The translations under genes were made by a program, and so were the position numbers. Below, piece after piece: positions 50,471-61,213 of a stretch of DNA of 64,000 nt (position 1 is its first letter; each line of letters starts with the position of its first letter). The stretch comes from Ptychomitrium polyphyllum (taxonomy: Eukaryota): the NCBI GenBank assembly GCA_973851085.1, contig OZ316776.1:14508001-14572000 (forward strand), given 5' to 3'. Under the pieces are notes generated by a model. The model saw only the letters and a list, made by a program, of their open reading frames with translations, made no database searches and was not told the origin of the DNA.

Positions 50471-53212
50471 TTATCCAGACTCAGAAATAGTCTGCATGAC
50501 CTCCACGACACGAGCAGGGGCGTTGATGACTCTACCAGATGTTGACGACAGAAATTCTTCCGGCGTGGAAGCGGAATCAAGCCCAAAAGATCCTCTGGGC
50601 ACAACCCTCGTCTCGCTTCCATCAAACCGGTGTAAGGGAATCTGGTGAGAGAAGAGTGCCTGCAGATCCTTTCCTGGAATCCAGTGAGGTGCCGTCGACC
50701 CTCCTGACCTGAACACGGTTTTGAACCCCGAAACCTTGGTAATAGCCCCGACCTTCACACCTCGCTCTTTGGAATATTCGCTCAACACTTCCACTAGCTC
50801 GTATTCAAATTTCGGCACATCGTTCTCTGAAAACTCCTTCAAGAGGGGATTGTCCCAATCTTTATATAAAGCCCAGACCTCCCCTTTCCTGGGATAGATT
50901 CTGTACATTTTCTTCTTTGCATCTGCCTCCACCTCGACCCTATGAGAGAACGCTGCAAGCGTTTGGGCACTAATCGTGTCCCTCTTGAATTCCCCACATG
51001 CTACAGAAAGCCCTGCTGATTTCACTAACCCAGAAAAGCCAAGAGCAGGACGGTAAGGCTCAAGCCACTCCACATCGATCTCGAAAGGCTCCAGAACCAG
51101 GTTCACAATGCGTCCATAGAAGCGAGGCATTCCATCCTGGTTATCATACAAAGCCCAGTACTGCCCCAAGCCCATTACGTACTTGGACCGCTCATTGTCG
51201 AAGTCGTAGAAGTCGGCGTTGATGACGTTGAATTCTTTTGTTAGCCCGAATGTTGTGTCTGTGACCCGTTCCCTGGAGAGAACCAAAGGCAATGCTACAC
51301 TACTCTGCGTTGACGTGTCTTCAGAAGGCTGTCTGAAATGTGATGTTCTCTCTTCGTTGATAATTTCTCTCTTTCGCCCTACAGCTTTGCCAGCTACTTT
51401 TAAGGCCAACGGGGTATTCCCGATTGTACTGGTTCTAGGATTAGCCAGATGTCTGGTGTAAGGCTCAAGCAACTTGATGGCTCTCTCTGATTGCTCCTCG
51501 ATTCGATGCTCCGATAACATTTCTCTTGTCAAAGAGTCTCTTTGAGGCCCTGAAAGTTAGGATTTAAAAAAAATTAAGAACCTCTAGTATGCAGACAAAA
51601 GCATAAGGATGCCTTGAGAAAAACTTCATAAGGTACCCTGTTCAAGATGTTCGGGATTGACCCAGACTCTAGTTATTACTGGATTCACAACTCTAGTGCT
51701 ACTTGAATAACGTGAGTGCTTCATTAGAGTGTTCACCCTCTTCGAGGGCAACCCTTACTTAATGAAGCGGTACTTAGTCAAAATGCTTATAAAGATGGAG
51801 TACGCATTGAATTATCATCATTCGAAGAACAATTTTGCACATACAGACTGTAATAAAAGAAAGGATGGCATTCTCAAAAAGAGCTCGCAAAGCAACGCCA
51901 AGACAGCAGAAGTCGCTATGAAAAGGATTCAACTTGGATCAATGAAGGCAAACTCGTTTCAAGTGTCAAATCTGACGCTTTTAAGATAGCAACAATGGTA
52001 CCAGGATACCCACTCAATGGTGTCTCTACTGGGCGGGTAGGACAAGGATTGAAATGAGACATGCTGCATCAGTTCAGAAAACTGCTCAAACGGTATGACG
52101 GCAACAGGCTACTAGGACCCAATAAAAGGGAAATAATTTTGAGTACCTCCAAATGTCCGTACCAGAGGCAAGCGAGCTTCAGTATCTTGGGATTGCACCA
52201 CCCTGACCTTCGGCTTTCTTCCTCGTTTCTTGCCCGTCGTATGAGGAAGGCTTTTTGCAAGTGTGTGTGGGGTCTCATCGTTGTTGAATGTGGTCGGCAC
52301 TTTCACATTGGATCGCTCACCAGCGTTCCATTCTCCATCACATCCACTCAGTTCTTCTTCTGGAGGTGATTGGCATTCATTTTCAGTTGAATTCTTCCCC
52401 GCCTCTCTTGCTGTCGCTGAGGGGACAGCCGATGTTCTCAATCGGCTAGATTCTCGATTGCTCCCAAGTGCGTCGGCCTCTGGCGGTGGTAGTGGATCCC
52501 ATGGAATGCGCCCTTTCCACGAAGACTTCTTCTGTAGTGCGCTGACTTCAATGCCGGAATCCAATTTTCGCTTGAGTGCAGACGCTGAAGGGACGGGGAC
52601 AATCGCCAACTCCGTCTCTCCCACCTTCAAACCGGAGTCTTTAATTGACAACACCTGCATTTCCAGCTGGGTTTTCTCGTATTGCAGCTGTTCTTTCTGG
52701 CATTGAAGATCTTCAACACTTTGCTCCATGGTGGCCTTTGTACGTTCATAAGTGCGAGACTTTCTCTCTGATTTCTCTACAAGATCCTGGTAAGCATGCA
52801 TCAAGAACTGCACCATCTCGAATGTCAAGTCCAGCACAGGGGACGCCTTCAAGGGTAAATTAATGGTAGAATTCATGTTCAGGTCCCGACCATCCCGAGG
52901 CGTGCACAAGAGCTGTACACAGTTGCTACCTTTAGCGTGCAACGAGTACAGCGAGCTCTTGTGCCCGTGACCAAGGTGCAGATGTGCCTTGTCAACGAAC
53001 TGTGCCGCTGTAACTTTCAAGTCGTTTGCACGTTGAATCACAAACGCTTCCGTGGCATCTACCATCCAAGCGTTCACTCCATCCGTGACAGCCAGAGAAA
53101 AATGCTGGGGATACCATGTGCCTTTCACGATGATGGAGCTGCTGTGGTGAGCCAAGCCAGTCGTTGCTACGTCGTGAAGCTGCACGCAAGTTTGATTGCC
53201 CCGGCTCGCCAT
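50471..53212 (-). CDS. XRCC4-like head/coiled-coil fused to DUF3444; exons 53212-52147 and 51549-50471 (714 aa)
   Basis: N-terminus IIVKGTWYPQHFSLAVTDGVNAW...EAFVIQRA...FLMHAYQDLVEKSERKSRTYER resembles plant XRCC4. C-terminus FYDFD...GQYWALYDNQDGMPRFYGRI...ACGEF...FSH...IYPRKGEVWALYKDW...KVSGFKTVF...LFSHQIP matches DUF3444. A phase-1 donor (GAG|GTACTC) and an acceptor (CTAACTTTCAG|GG) join the two ORFs in frame. Confidence 0.75.
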
Positions 53213-53973
53213 TTCAACTACTTGCGATCATGTATGTATCCTACTCCAGCAACTGTAGCACAAAAACCAAGCACAAATTGGGTTCATTAAAACAGTGGGT
53301 CTCTGATGTTCATTGTGGAACGAATTTGGACTTACAAATGATTGGTCACAATTGCACGCCTATTAATTAAGGTGTGGGAAACGGGCATGAACTACCTGCA
53401 ATACCCTCCGATTCATGCTGCCATAATGAAGATATCACAATGCAAAACATCAAGAGCTCTCTCCTCAAGATACTTGGAAGCAAACAATTTCAAGACCAGG
53501 ATACATAGCCAAAACAACCCCGGAAGATAAATTCTACTAGAACTTGTTTCAGGTCTACTTGAGTAATGACCCATGAGCCCTGTTTATCTCATTCTTTCCC
53601 CTCTGCCTTTCCCAATTTATTGAAGAATGTGTAACCAACTGTTGTTTGAGTACGTAATACTCTTGATAACAAGAAAAATAAAGAAAAAGGAGAGTGCAGA
53701 ACGACGTAATGTTAATACCTTCAGGCCAAGACAGGCTTCAAGAACTGGAGACAGATTGATAAGTGTAGGAGAGGTCGAACATAATTAAATCAATCAGCTT
53801 CTTTAAAGCTAAAGGACCTGCAGAGACAACAAGTCACAAAAATGTCATACTTACTGCAAGGACACCGAAATCTAAGATACATATATGATATGTAGGATAA
53901 AATCTGGTGTAGGTTACAATGCACCTGCAAAGTCTCTGAAAATACATCATCCTTAACCGATCATCCATTGGAT

Positions 53974-54231
53974 CCACTCTAGTTCTCATTTACACAGCTG
54001 CGATTGCCGTCATCGGCCGGGCAAGCCATGGTCCATTCTGATACACATCCAACAAGGCCATAAAACCAGGCTTAAACCCTTGGACACAGTTCCTGAACAT
54101 ATCGGACCATTTGCAATGACACAAAACAAGTAGATCCCTCGACCTCATCTTTCGAGAATTTTACATTGTGGTGCTTCCGGAGAGGCAACCGTCACATGAA
54201 AAAACTGTAGCAATGGGATCATGAAACAGAG
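53974..54231 (-). repeat. conserved element, copy 2 (upstream of, probably in a 5'UTR intron of, the XRCC4-like gene)
   Basis: Inverted homolog of 42338-42595; weaker homology spans ~53943-54515. Confidence 0.95.
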
Positions 54232-55889
54232 TATCAGAGCACTACTCATGAGTTCAGCACACCAAGGAAATTCGACTCAGGACTCAGCAAAACAACACGG
54301 CTTACGCATTTTGCTCATCCAAAGGATTTGTGCAACGTTGCTACGCTAACCATCCTAACTCCAACAACAGCTCGGTACAGAATCTTGGCACTTCTGGCCT
54401 CATCAAGAAAGACATCTGTGCTGATTGCTGCCCCTGGTCAAAACTGTTTCCAATTCGGCAGTGCAACCCATCAAACATCAAAGTACATTCTTGACCTATG
54501 CTCACTTAACCCTGAAAGCAGAATCCTCTCTCTGCTGACTCTCACGTAACGTTTGGATCTATCTCACAAAATGAACTCACATAGCTGATACTTGTAATAA
54601 ATGTCGCTCTTTGAATGAACACATCTGACACTCACCAATTCTACACTACTCCCTCCGGTTACATGACAATGGCATTCACATCCACTTCATAAGAAATCCA
54701 ATTGATCATGTCCTGTATCATTCTTAAAACATAAGAGAAACACCCAAGCCCTGCTAACAAGAAATTGAAACAAGCACATACATCTGCCAAGGGTGGTTTC
54801 ATCGAGCTCCACACTCATTCACCCCGTGCCGAATTTGAACCCAAGAACTGACAGCCCTCTCATGACAACTAATTCAGCTTACGTTTTCTTGCACAAGAAA
54901 CACATCTTCAAAAAACAAAAACACACTCACTCACTCACCTCCCCGATCTCACTCCAAAATCAAAGCATCACCCATTCACCACGAAACCAAACATAAAACG
55001 CTAAGTGCATGAATTTCAAACAGAGTAAAAATTCACCCAACCAAATAAAATAAAAATCTACAAGCCAAGAACTACGAAAATCAAAAGTGAAAGAAAAAGG
55101 AAGAGAAAAGAATCACCCAGATGCACATCAACGCACCACCCAACTACCGAACCCCGGCTCACGATCGTTCCCCACCCATGCATTCCACCTTGTTGCTCTG
55201 GCAGCTCCGTTCTCACTAAACTCGGAACCAAAAATCCGGGCTTTTGCAAAACCCAGAAGCAAAAGTAGGCAGGCAGGGGAACCTGAAAGAAGCGCTGCAA
55301 GAAGAACGGCAAGCAACCGCTCCCACGCGCAACGCTTGCAGACGCCTGCAGCCTTGCAGCGCCATTGCAGTGCAGCTCCTGTGAGCACCCTCCTCCCCGT
55401 CCACTTGCGCCGCGGCTTTGGGCGCTCTTTCTCCTACGGGCTCCCCCCTAAGCCCGTCGACCCTCCCAATTCACAATACTCTCTCTTCTGAGCACGTACA
55501 TCCGGCTCTCCTACATCTGAAATTTTTGTAGATTGTGTCGGTTGTGGGGTGCAGTAACGGCTTTAGGTGAGATTTATTGACGCCGTGTCAGTTCTGTTTT
55601 TGGGATCAGCGTAGGGTGCCTATTCCCGCCGAGGAGTAACAGATTCTCATCTCGTCGCTCCACCTTATCAACGAAGAGGGTACATTTCAGAGTTTGGAAT
55701 CTTCAGAAAAACCTAGATAGCGTTGCTCGTGTGGTCTTTGCTTTGTAAATTTCTTGGTTTTTTTTCGTCTGTTGTGTTTTGAATTTTGCTTCCCATCCCT
55801 TACAAATTGTGTTTTGGAGAATGGAGAAGAGTAGTAGAGTTGGAGTCTGATGACTAGTGTTGAAATCGGAGAAGTTTTATCTCTTTCTG

Positions 55890-57093
55890 CTTCCAAGTGC
55901 GTTGGACCGAAGAGCATGCAGTTCATGTCGTACTCCATGTCTTGCGTGTTTCTCAGTGTTCGGTGGTTGTGTGCATTGGTTCGAAGAGTGTGCAATGGCG
56001 TTTCCTTGCTGTGATGATCCTTGCGCGTTTCTCATGTTTGGCAGATCCCATGGCCATGTGGCACGTCCGAGGGGGAGGTGCACGCGCGATCCTGCTCGTG
56101 GTGGGCTTCGGAGGTTGGCACATGGAGGCAGGAGAGAAGGCAAAAGCATTGTGTGGTGAGGCCCTGGATGTTGTTGCTCACACAGACTTCTCCCTCACAA
56201 AGACGTCACCGAGCCCTACACGCACTTGCTGTGAACTCTGAACTGGCAGACTCATCTCTACGCGACGTTCTTTTCTACTTGAAAGGCGCTATACACCGAC
56301 GCAGGGTGAGCTCACGCGCTGATCTCTTGAGATTACTTGCACTGCAGGAACTAGGTTGTAGGGGTTGTTTAAATGCCATGCATGGCCTATTCCTTATCTT
56401 TTCCTGTGAATGTCAGACAAAGTTGGTGAGGGAGAAGCTATGGAGGGTTCTTGGGATTGAGCCTGGGGTGATTTTGGAGGACGGCTTTCCGAAAAGCACT
56501 GGCTGCGAGGAGGCCCTACGAGGCATGTTCAGGTGAATTGAACCCTCAGGGTTTTTCTGATGAACTCTTGTACACTCAACAATATGATCCATAATCGCAT
56601 GGTTTCTGATGTCCCGGCAACATGGCTTCCTCAAAAATGACATGCTAAACTTATTTAATTGCAGGTCACAATTCTGCCTCAACCCTGCTGGTGACATGCC
56701 GATTTCAAGCCGGCTATATGACTCCATCGCCAACCTTTGTATACCCGTAATTGTAAGCGACACAATTGAGCTTCCATTTGAAGGCATTCTTGACTACTCC
56801 AGGTCTGCCGCTTCGTTTTAGTGAACGACGCAATGAGCACGGACATTCTTGTGCAGCATCTGAGAAATATGAACACGACGACGAGGGAGTGCCATGCGGC
56901 GGAGAGGCTTAGGGACGTGCACCAGCATTTTGAGTATGAGTATAGATTCCGTGGAGGACGAGGATCCGTTGTGAAAGAGGGGGCAGTGCCGTTAATCTGG
57001 AGAAGGGTTAAAGAGAAGATGCCTGGTTTGAAAGTCATCATCAGTGAGCAAAGAAACTTCAAGGCTTCTGCTTCTCGGTGCCTGTGTACATGA
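55890..57093 (+). pseudogene. exostosin/GT47 glycosyltransferase (ARAD1-like) pseudogene, 5'-truncated
   Basis: DPMAMWHVR...AILLVVGFGGW, KDVTEPYTHLL* (frameshifted, with stop), [62 protein letters not shown] and AVPLIW. Frameshifts near 56190-56245 and ~56820. Introns retained; no N-terminal TM half found. Confidence 0.85.
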
Positions 57094-58763
57094 TAATTCA
57101 ATTGGGTTTCACAATTCCTGCTGATACCAAACTCACCAAATGCAATTTGTAACAATAATCATGGGAACTCTCAACCAAGGATTCAAAGGGTGCTGTAAAA
57201 GAACAATGGCAGTGCTCTTTTTTCTAGGCAGGACACAATATTGAACCTCTCACTATTGACGTAGTCTTTGGCAGATGACTATCTCTATGGAGAAGAAACA
57301 GTGAATTTCAACCTTCTAAAAAAACTTCCAAGTTACGCTAACACATTGTTGGCTATGCCATCAGGTACGTGTTCACAACATACCTGACTTCATAGCTTAT
57401 GGCTAGACACTGTGGAATTGAAGCTTGTCTACTTGAGCATTTTGCCCGTCAACGTCAATGCGATTATTATGTTATGTAATTCCATATCTATTCTTTGAAT
57501 TCTTCTTACTGGTGCTCTTGTCACTACTTCGCATCACGTGAACATGGAAATAATCTTAGTTGTCTGAGATGGGAATTATGCTTGGCCGTAGTGTGGCTGC
57601 GCCCACAAACATCGCAGTGAGAGGTTGAACTTAGAGACCGTAAGAAACTCACATCGTGCACGTTTCAACAGGTAGCATCAAGGTATATTTATAAACATTA
57701 TGTGAATACTTTTACAGTCTAGCTTTGTGAATACCACGTTTCTGCAGCATTGAGTTTGAGGTCAAATAGTCAGCATGGCGATTTCTTCTGCATCTCAACC
57801 TTCAATTGTATACTCCAAATATATTGTGATGGGTGTATACCTTGCTGGTTGCGTTCTTGCAGTTGCGTCAACTACACCAACGGCCTAGCAGTGCGTATGC
57901 TCTTCGCAATCCTTTTCATAGCACTGTTTGAGCACTGTTTTCATCACAAGCCGCCGATCGTGTTGCAGCCAAGTCTTGCAAATTTTAAACGATAAGTATG
58001 TAAACCTATGCTCAGCAATGTATTTGCCAAGACACGTGTAAGGACTGAAGAAACCATGTCCTCGTCGGACCTAAGTTTATTTTCAAGTGATATTTGTGGT
58101 TAATGTCTTTGGTTGTGTCATTTCAAGAGGAGGCTGCTTCTTTTTTCTCTGGACTTTGTGTTAGCATAACTGTTTTATAGTTGACATGTTACATATTCAT
58201 GTCATGCCAAAAACGTCACCTCTTTCACAATCTGGGCAATAGTGACGGTGTAATACTTTCAATACAGTGTCAAAAGGCAAACAATACACTCTCAGTGTGG
58301 TGTTGCTGCAGTACCAAAACTTAGTATTGATTTTTAGGTTCCCGTCCTCTCTGTCTGTCTGTCTGTTGAGCCTTCACACATATCAGTTGATTCAGGATTA
58401 CCCTGGTAACATAATTGTGATGGAGCATCAAGCGCCTGTTAAATCACTGCCGCAGTATTGAAACAGTACTGCAGTTATTCTCGCATTTTTCCTGTTGTAC
58501 ATATTTTACTTTATGATTTTACTTTATGCTTTTAATTTATGGTTTTACTTTATATTTTATACTTTTGGAACTTTTGAACAACACTAACTTTTAATTTCTA
58601 AGAAGAGAAAAAACGTATATAATGTACATATGCAGCCCTAGTAAATCCAAATATTAAGCAATCTGATGGACTTTGAAATTTTGTTTTCCATTGTATAGTA
58701 TATACCTCTGATTTCTTTGCAGGGAGTTGTGTAGAATAACGCACGTGCCAATTCTATCAAAGG

Positions 58764-59651
58764 ATGGATGAATTTAACGATGACATGGACGAATCTAACG
58801 ATGACATGGACGAATGTAATTATAACGAGGATGCAATCAATGATGAAGTTATAGTAGTTCCAACGTGGATGAAAGAGTTTATAATGAGTGATTATTTTCC
58901 TTGTGATAGTAAAGCTGATGGAGAAAGTTTTGAGAACCACTGTAAGTGCAAAGATAAAAAACCATGTACAAAGTACTTTTGTATATTTTGCAAAACCGGT
59001 CAACTGTGCAAGAAACTTCATTTTAATTTCAAAGGGAATCATTTTGGCCATGAATATCTTCAAGTCCGAAAGGTTACTTATCGAAATGCAATAGCTGTTG
59101 GTGATATACAAGATCGTTGTAATACAGAAGGAATTCAAATTTTTGCTTACAACTATAAAAAGTCTTATTTCTTACGATCCAAAACATTACCAGATCTCAG
59201 AGGAGATATGGAAAGTTCGGCTCAGCACAAGATCAACATAAAGCTTCATCAATGTATAATATGCTATGCATCCATAAGAACTGAAAATGGTGATGATGAA
59301 GCCATTTACTGTTCTCTGCAATGTAGACTAAGTACACTAGAAGGTTTTGCAGAATTTAAAACAATGATATGCGATATTGAAGCTGGGCCTTCGAATATTA
59401 AAGAATGTCAATCGGAAAAGAACAAGTCACTAGTTTTAGAAAGTAAGAAGGAGATTCCAAGACCTTTTATATTTAAAGGCGGTGCTTCGTCATCAAATAA
59501 TACAAAATTTATGGATGATTCTATGGTTTTTGCAGCTAGTATTCTTATAGGAATGCATAGCAATCAAATTTGTAAACATGAAACAAAAGAATTAGTTGAC
59601 TTGTGGAAAAATGTCAAGCCAAAAACATATAATCCTCTTCATATATGTTAA
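58764..59651 (+). CDS. divergent, intronless PLATZ zinc-binding transcription factor-like protein (295 aa)
   Basis: PTWMKEFI, FCIFC...LC...H.GHEYLQVRKVTYRNAI...IQ...EGIQIFAYN...YFL, CIIC...YCSLQCRL fit the PLATZ Cys/His pattern. The acidic N-terminus is built from a 21-bp tandem repeat. Confidence 0.8.
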   Translation: MDEFNDDMDESNDDMDECNYNEDAINDEVIVVPTWMKEFIMSDYFPCDSKADGESFENHCKCKDKKPCTKYFCIFCKTGQLCKKLHFNFKGNHFGHEYLQVRKVTYRNAIAVGDIQDRCNTEGIQIFAYNYKKSYFLRSKTLPDLRGDMESSAQHKINIKLHQCIICYASIRTENGDDEAIYCSLQCRLSTLEGFAEFKTMICDIEAGPSNIKECQSEKNKSLVLESKKEIPRPFIFKGGASSSNNTKFMDDSMVFAASILIGMHSNQICKHETKELVDLWKNVKPKTYNPLHIC

Positions 59652-61213
59652 CTACTATAATTGATGGAGAAGATAGGTAACTTTTTCAAAAAATTCAAAA
59701 AAAAGTCGGTTTATTCAAACATTTTTAAGATTTATTTTTTTCAAAAATTAGGTGCTTATTCAATAGATTTATAAAAATTAGGCATTGCTTATACCTTAGG
59801 TTTTTGAACATTTTAAAAGGCAAAATTTCCTAATATTATTGAATCTTCCACAAAGTGCTTTTCATTTAACTTCATCTGAAGATGGAAAGATTGACTTTTT
59901 AAAGAAGGTTAATATAGTTTATTTAAAATTGAGAAATAATTTAGCAAGATTTTAAAAACATGTAAATATAAAAGATTTTGATGATGCATAAATATTACAC
60001 TGATTGTATATTATGATTTGTTTTAGCTTGGTTTAATTTTATAATTGATATAATAGGACTTAGATTAGTTCTATAGTACTTTGAATTTTAAACCAGTATG
60101 ATTTTTTTTATACTAATAGTTTGATTTGGTGTGATTTTGCAATCTTTAATACAATCTTATGTATTTTTTCATTTGTTGTATGTTATGGAAAAATATAAGT
60201 GCAATTATTTTAAAAAATAATTTAAGCATATATTTTGTTATTTAGCACTTTCAGGCCTAATTTTATTAGGCAATCATCTTATGAACTATCTTAAGCCTAA
60301 TTGACCCATTGACTATTATAAATTATCTTTTAAAAATTCTTTTATATTTTGTTTAAAAAATCCAATTAAAATTTGTGTTTGAGTGATATCTGTCACTAAC
60401 AACATAAAAGATTCCTATTTGAAAGTATATTGTAAAAAAATACTCATTAAACTTGTTTTGTAAAAATAATGTTGCCAATTTTGCAAATGTCAAAAGGTTA
60501 ATGACATTGGTGATGAATGTTATATCGTTCATCAATATTAGTGTAAGAAATAAGATAAATACAATTTCTTGGAACACTATTTGATTCTAAGGTAATTCAG
60601 TTTATATAAAAACATATTAAAAAATACATGAATAACTCGATATTTTTGTCACCATAATTATAGGAATAATCTAGGAATGGAATTATACTAATCATATCAT
60701 CTCATACTAATCTAGGAATGAGATATCTTCCTGTTCCTTTTAGTGTTCAAGCCAAGTATATGCTTTCAAAGCTCAATTGCTTTCACAAGCAAAATTGCCT
60801 TTTATGGCCTCAACAATTGGTCAAAGTATGCCAATCAGAGATGTATCTTGTAGCACTCTGTGATGCATTTCCAACGAGCCTAAAAGATGTCCTGATTCCA
60901 AGTTCAGAGTAAGAAATGGCGTATCATTGTTGCTCAGTAAACTTCAACAAAGGTTTTGGAAAACTTCAAATTCAAATCCATGGCGTTTGCACTAGGTTCA
61001 GGTACAATTGACATACATATGCGAGTGACAATCTTCTCAATAACTCAAATTATTGAATGTTGCAGTTACATTTGATGCTGTATATCACCTAAGCTTCATT
61101 GAGAATGTGGTTTTCATCTCCAGTTACAGTATCATCGCCACAAGTACCAGAGAAGAGTACAGAACTACTCCACCCACACAATAGAAGGATTCCAAGTCTA
61201 AGAGATACAAGTG

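Noticed and set aside
52206..52208. Alternative donor AAG|GTCAGG for the XRCC4-like exon
   Set aside because: The phase-0 join to 51549 hits a stop within seven codons; the 52147 donor keeps the frame.
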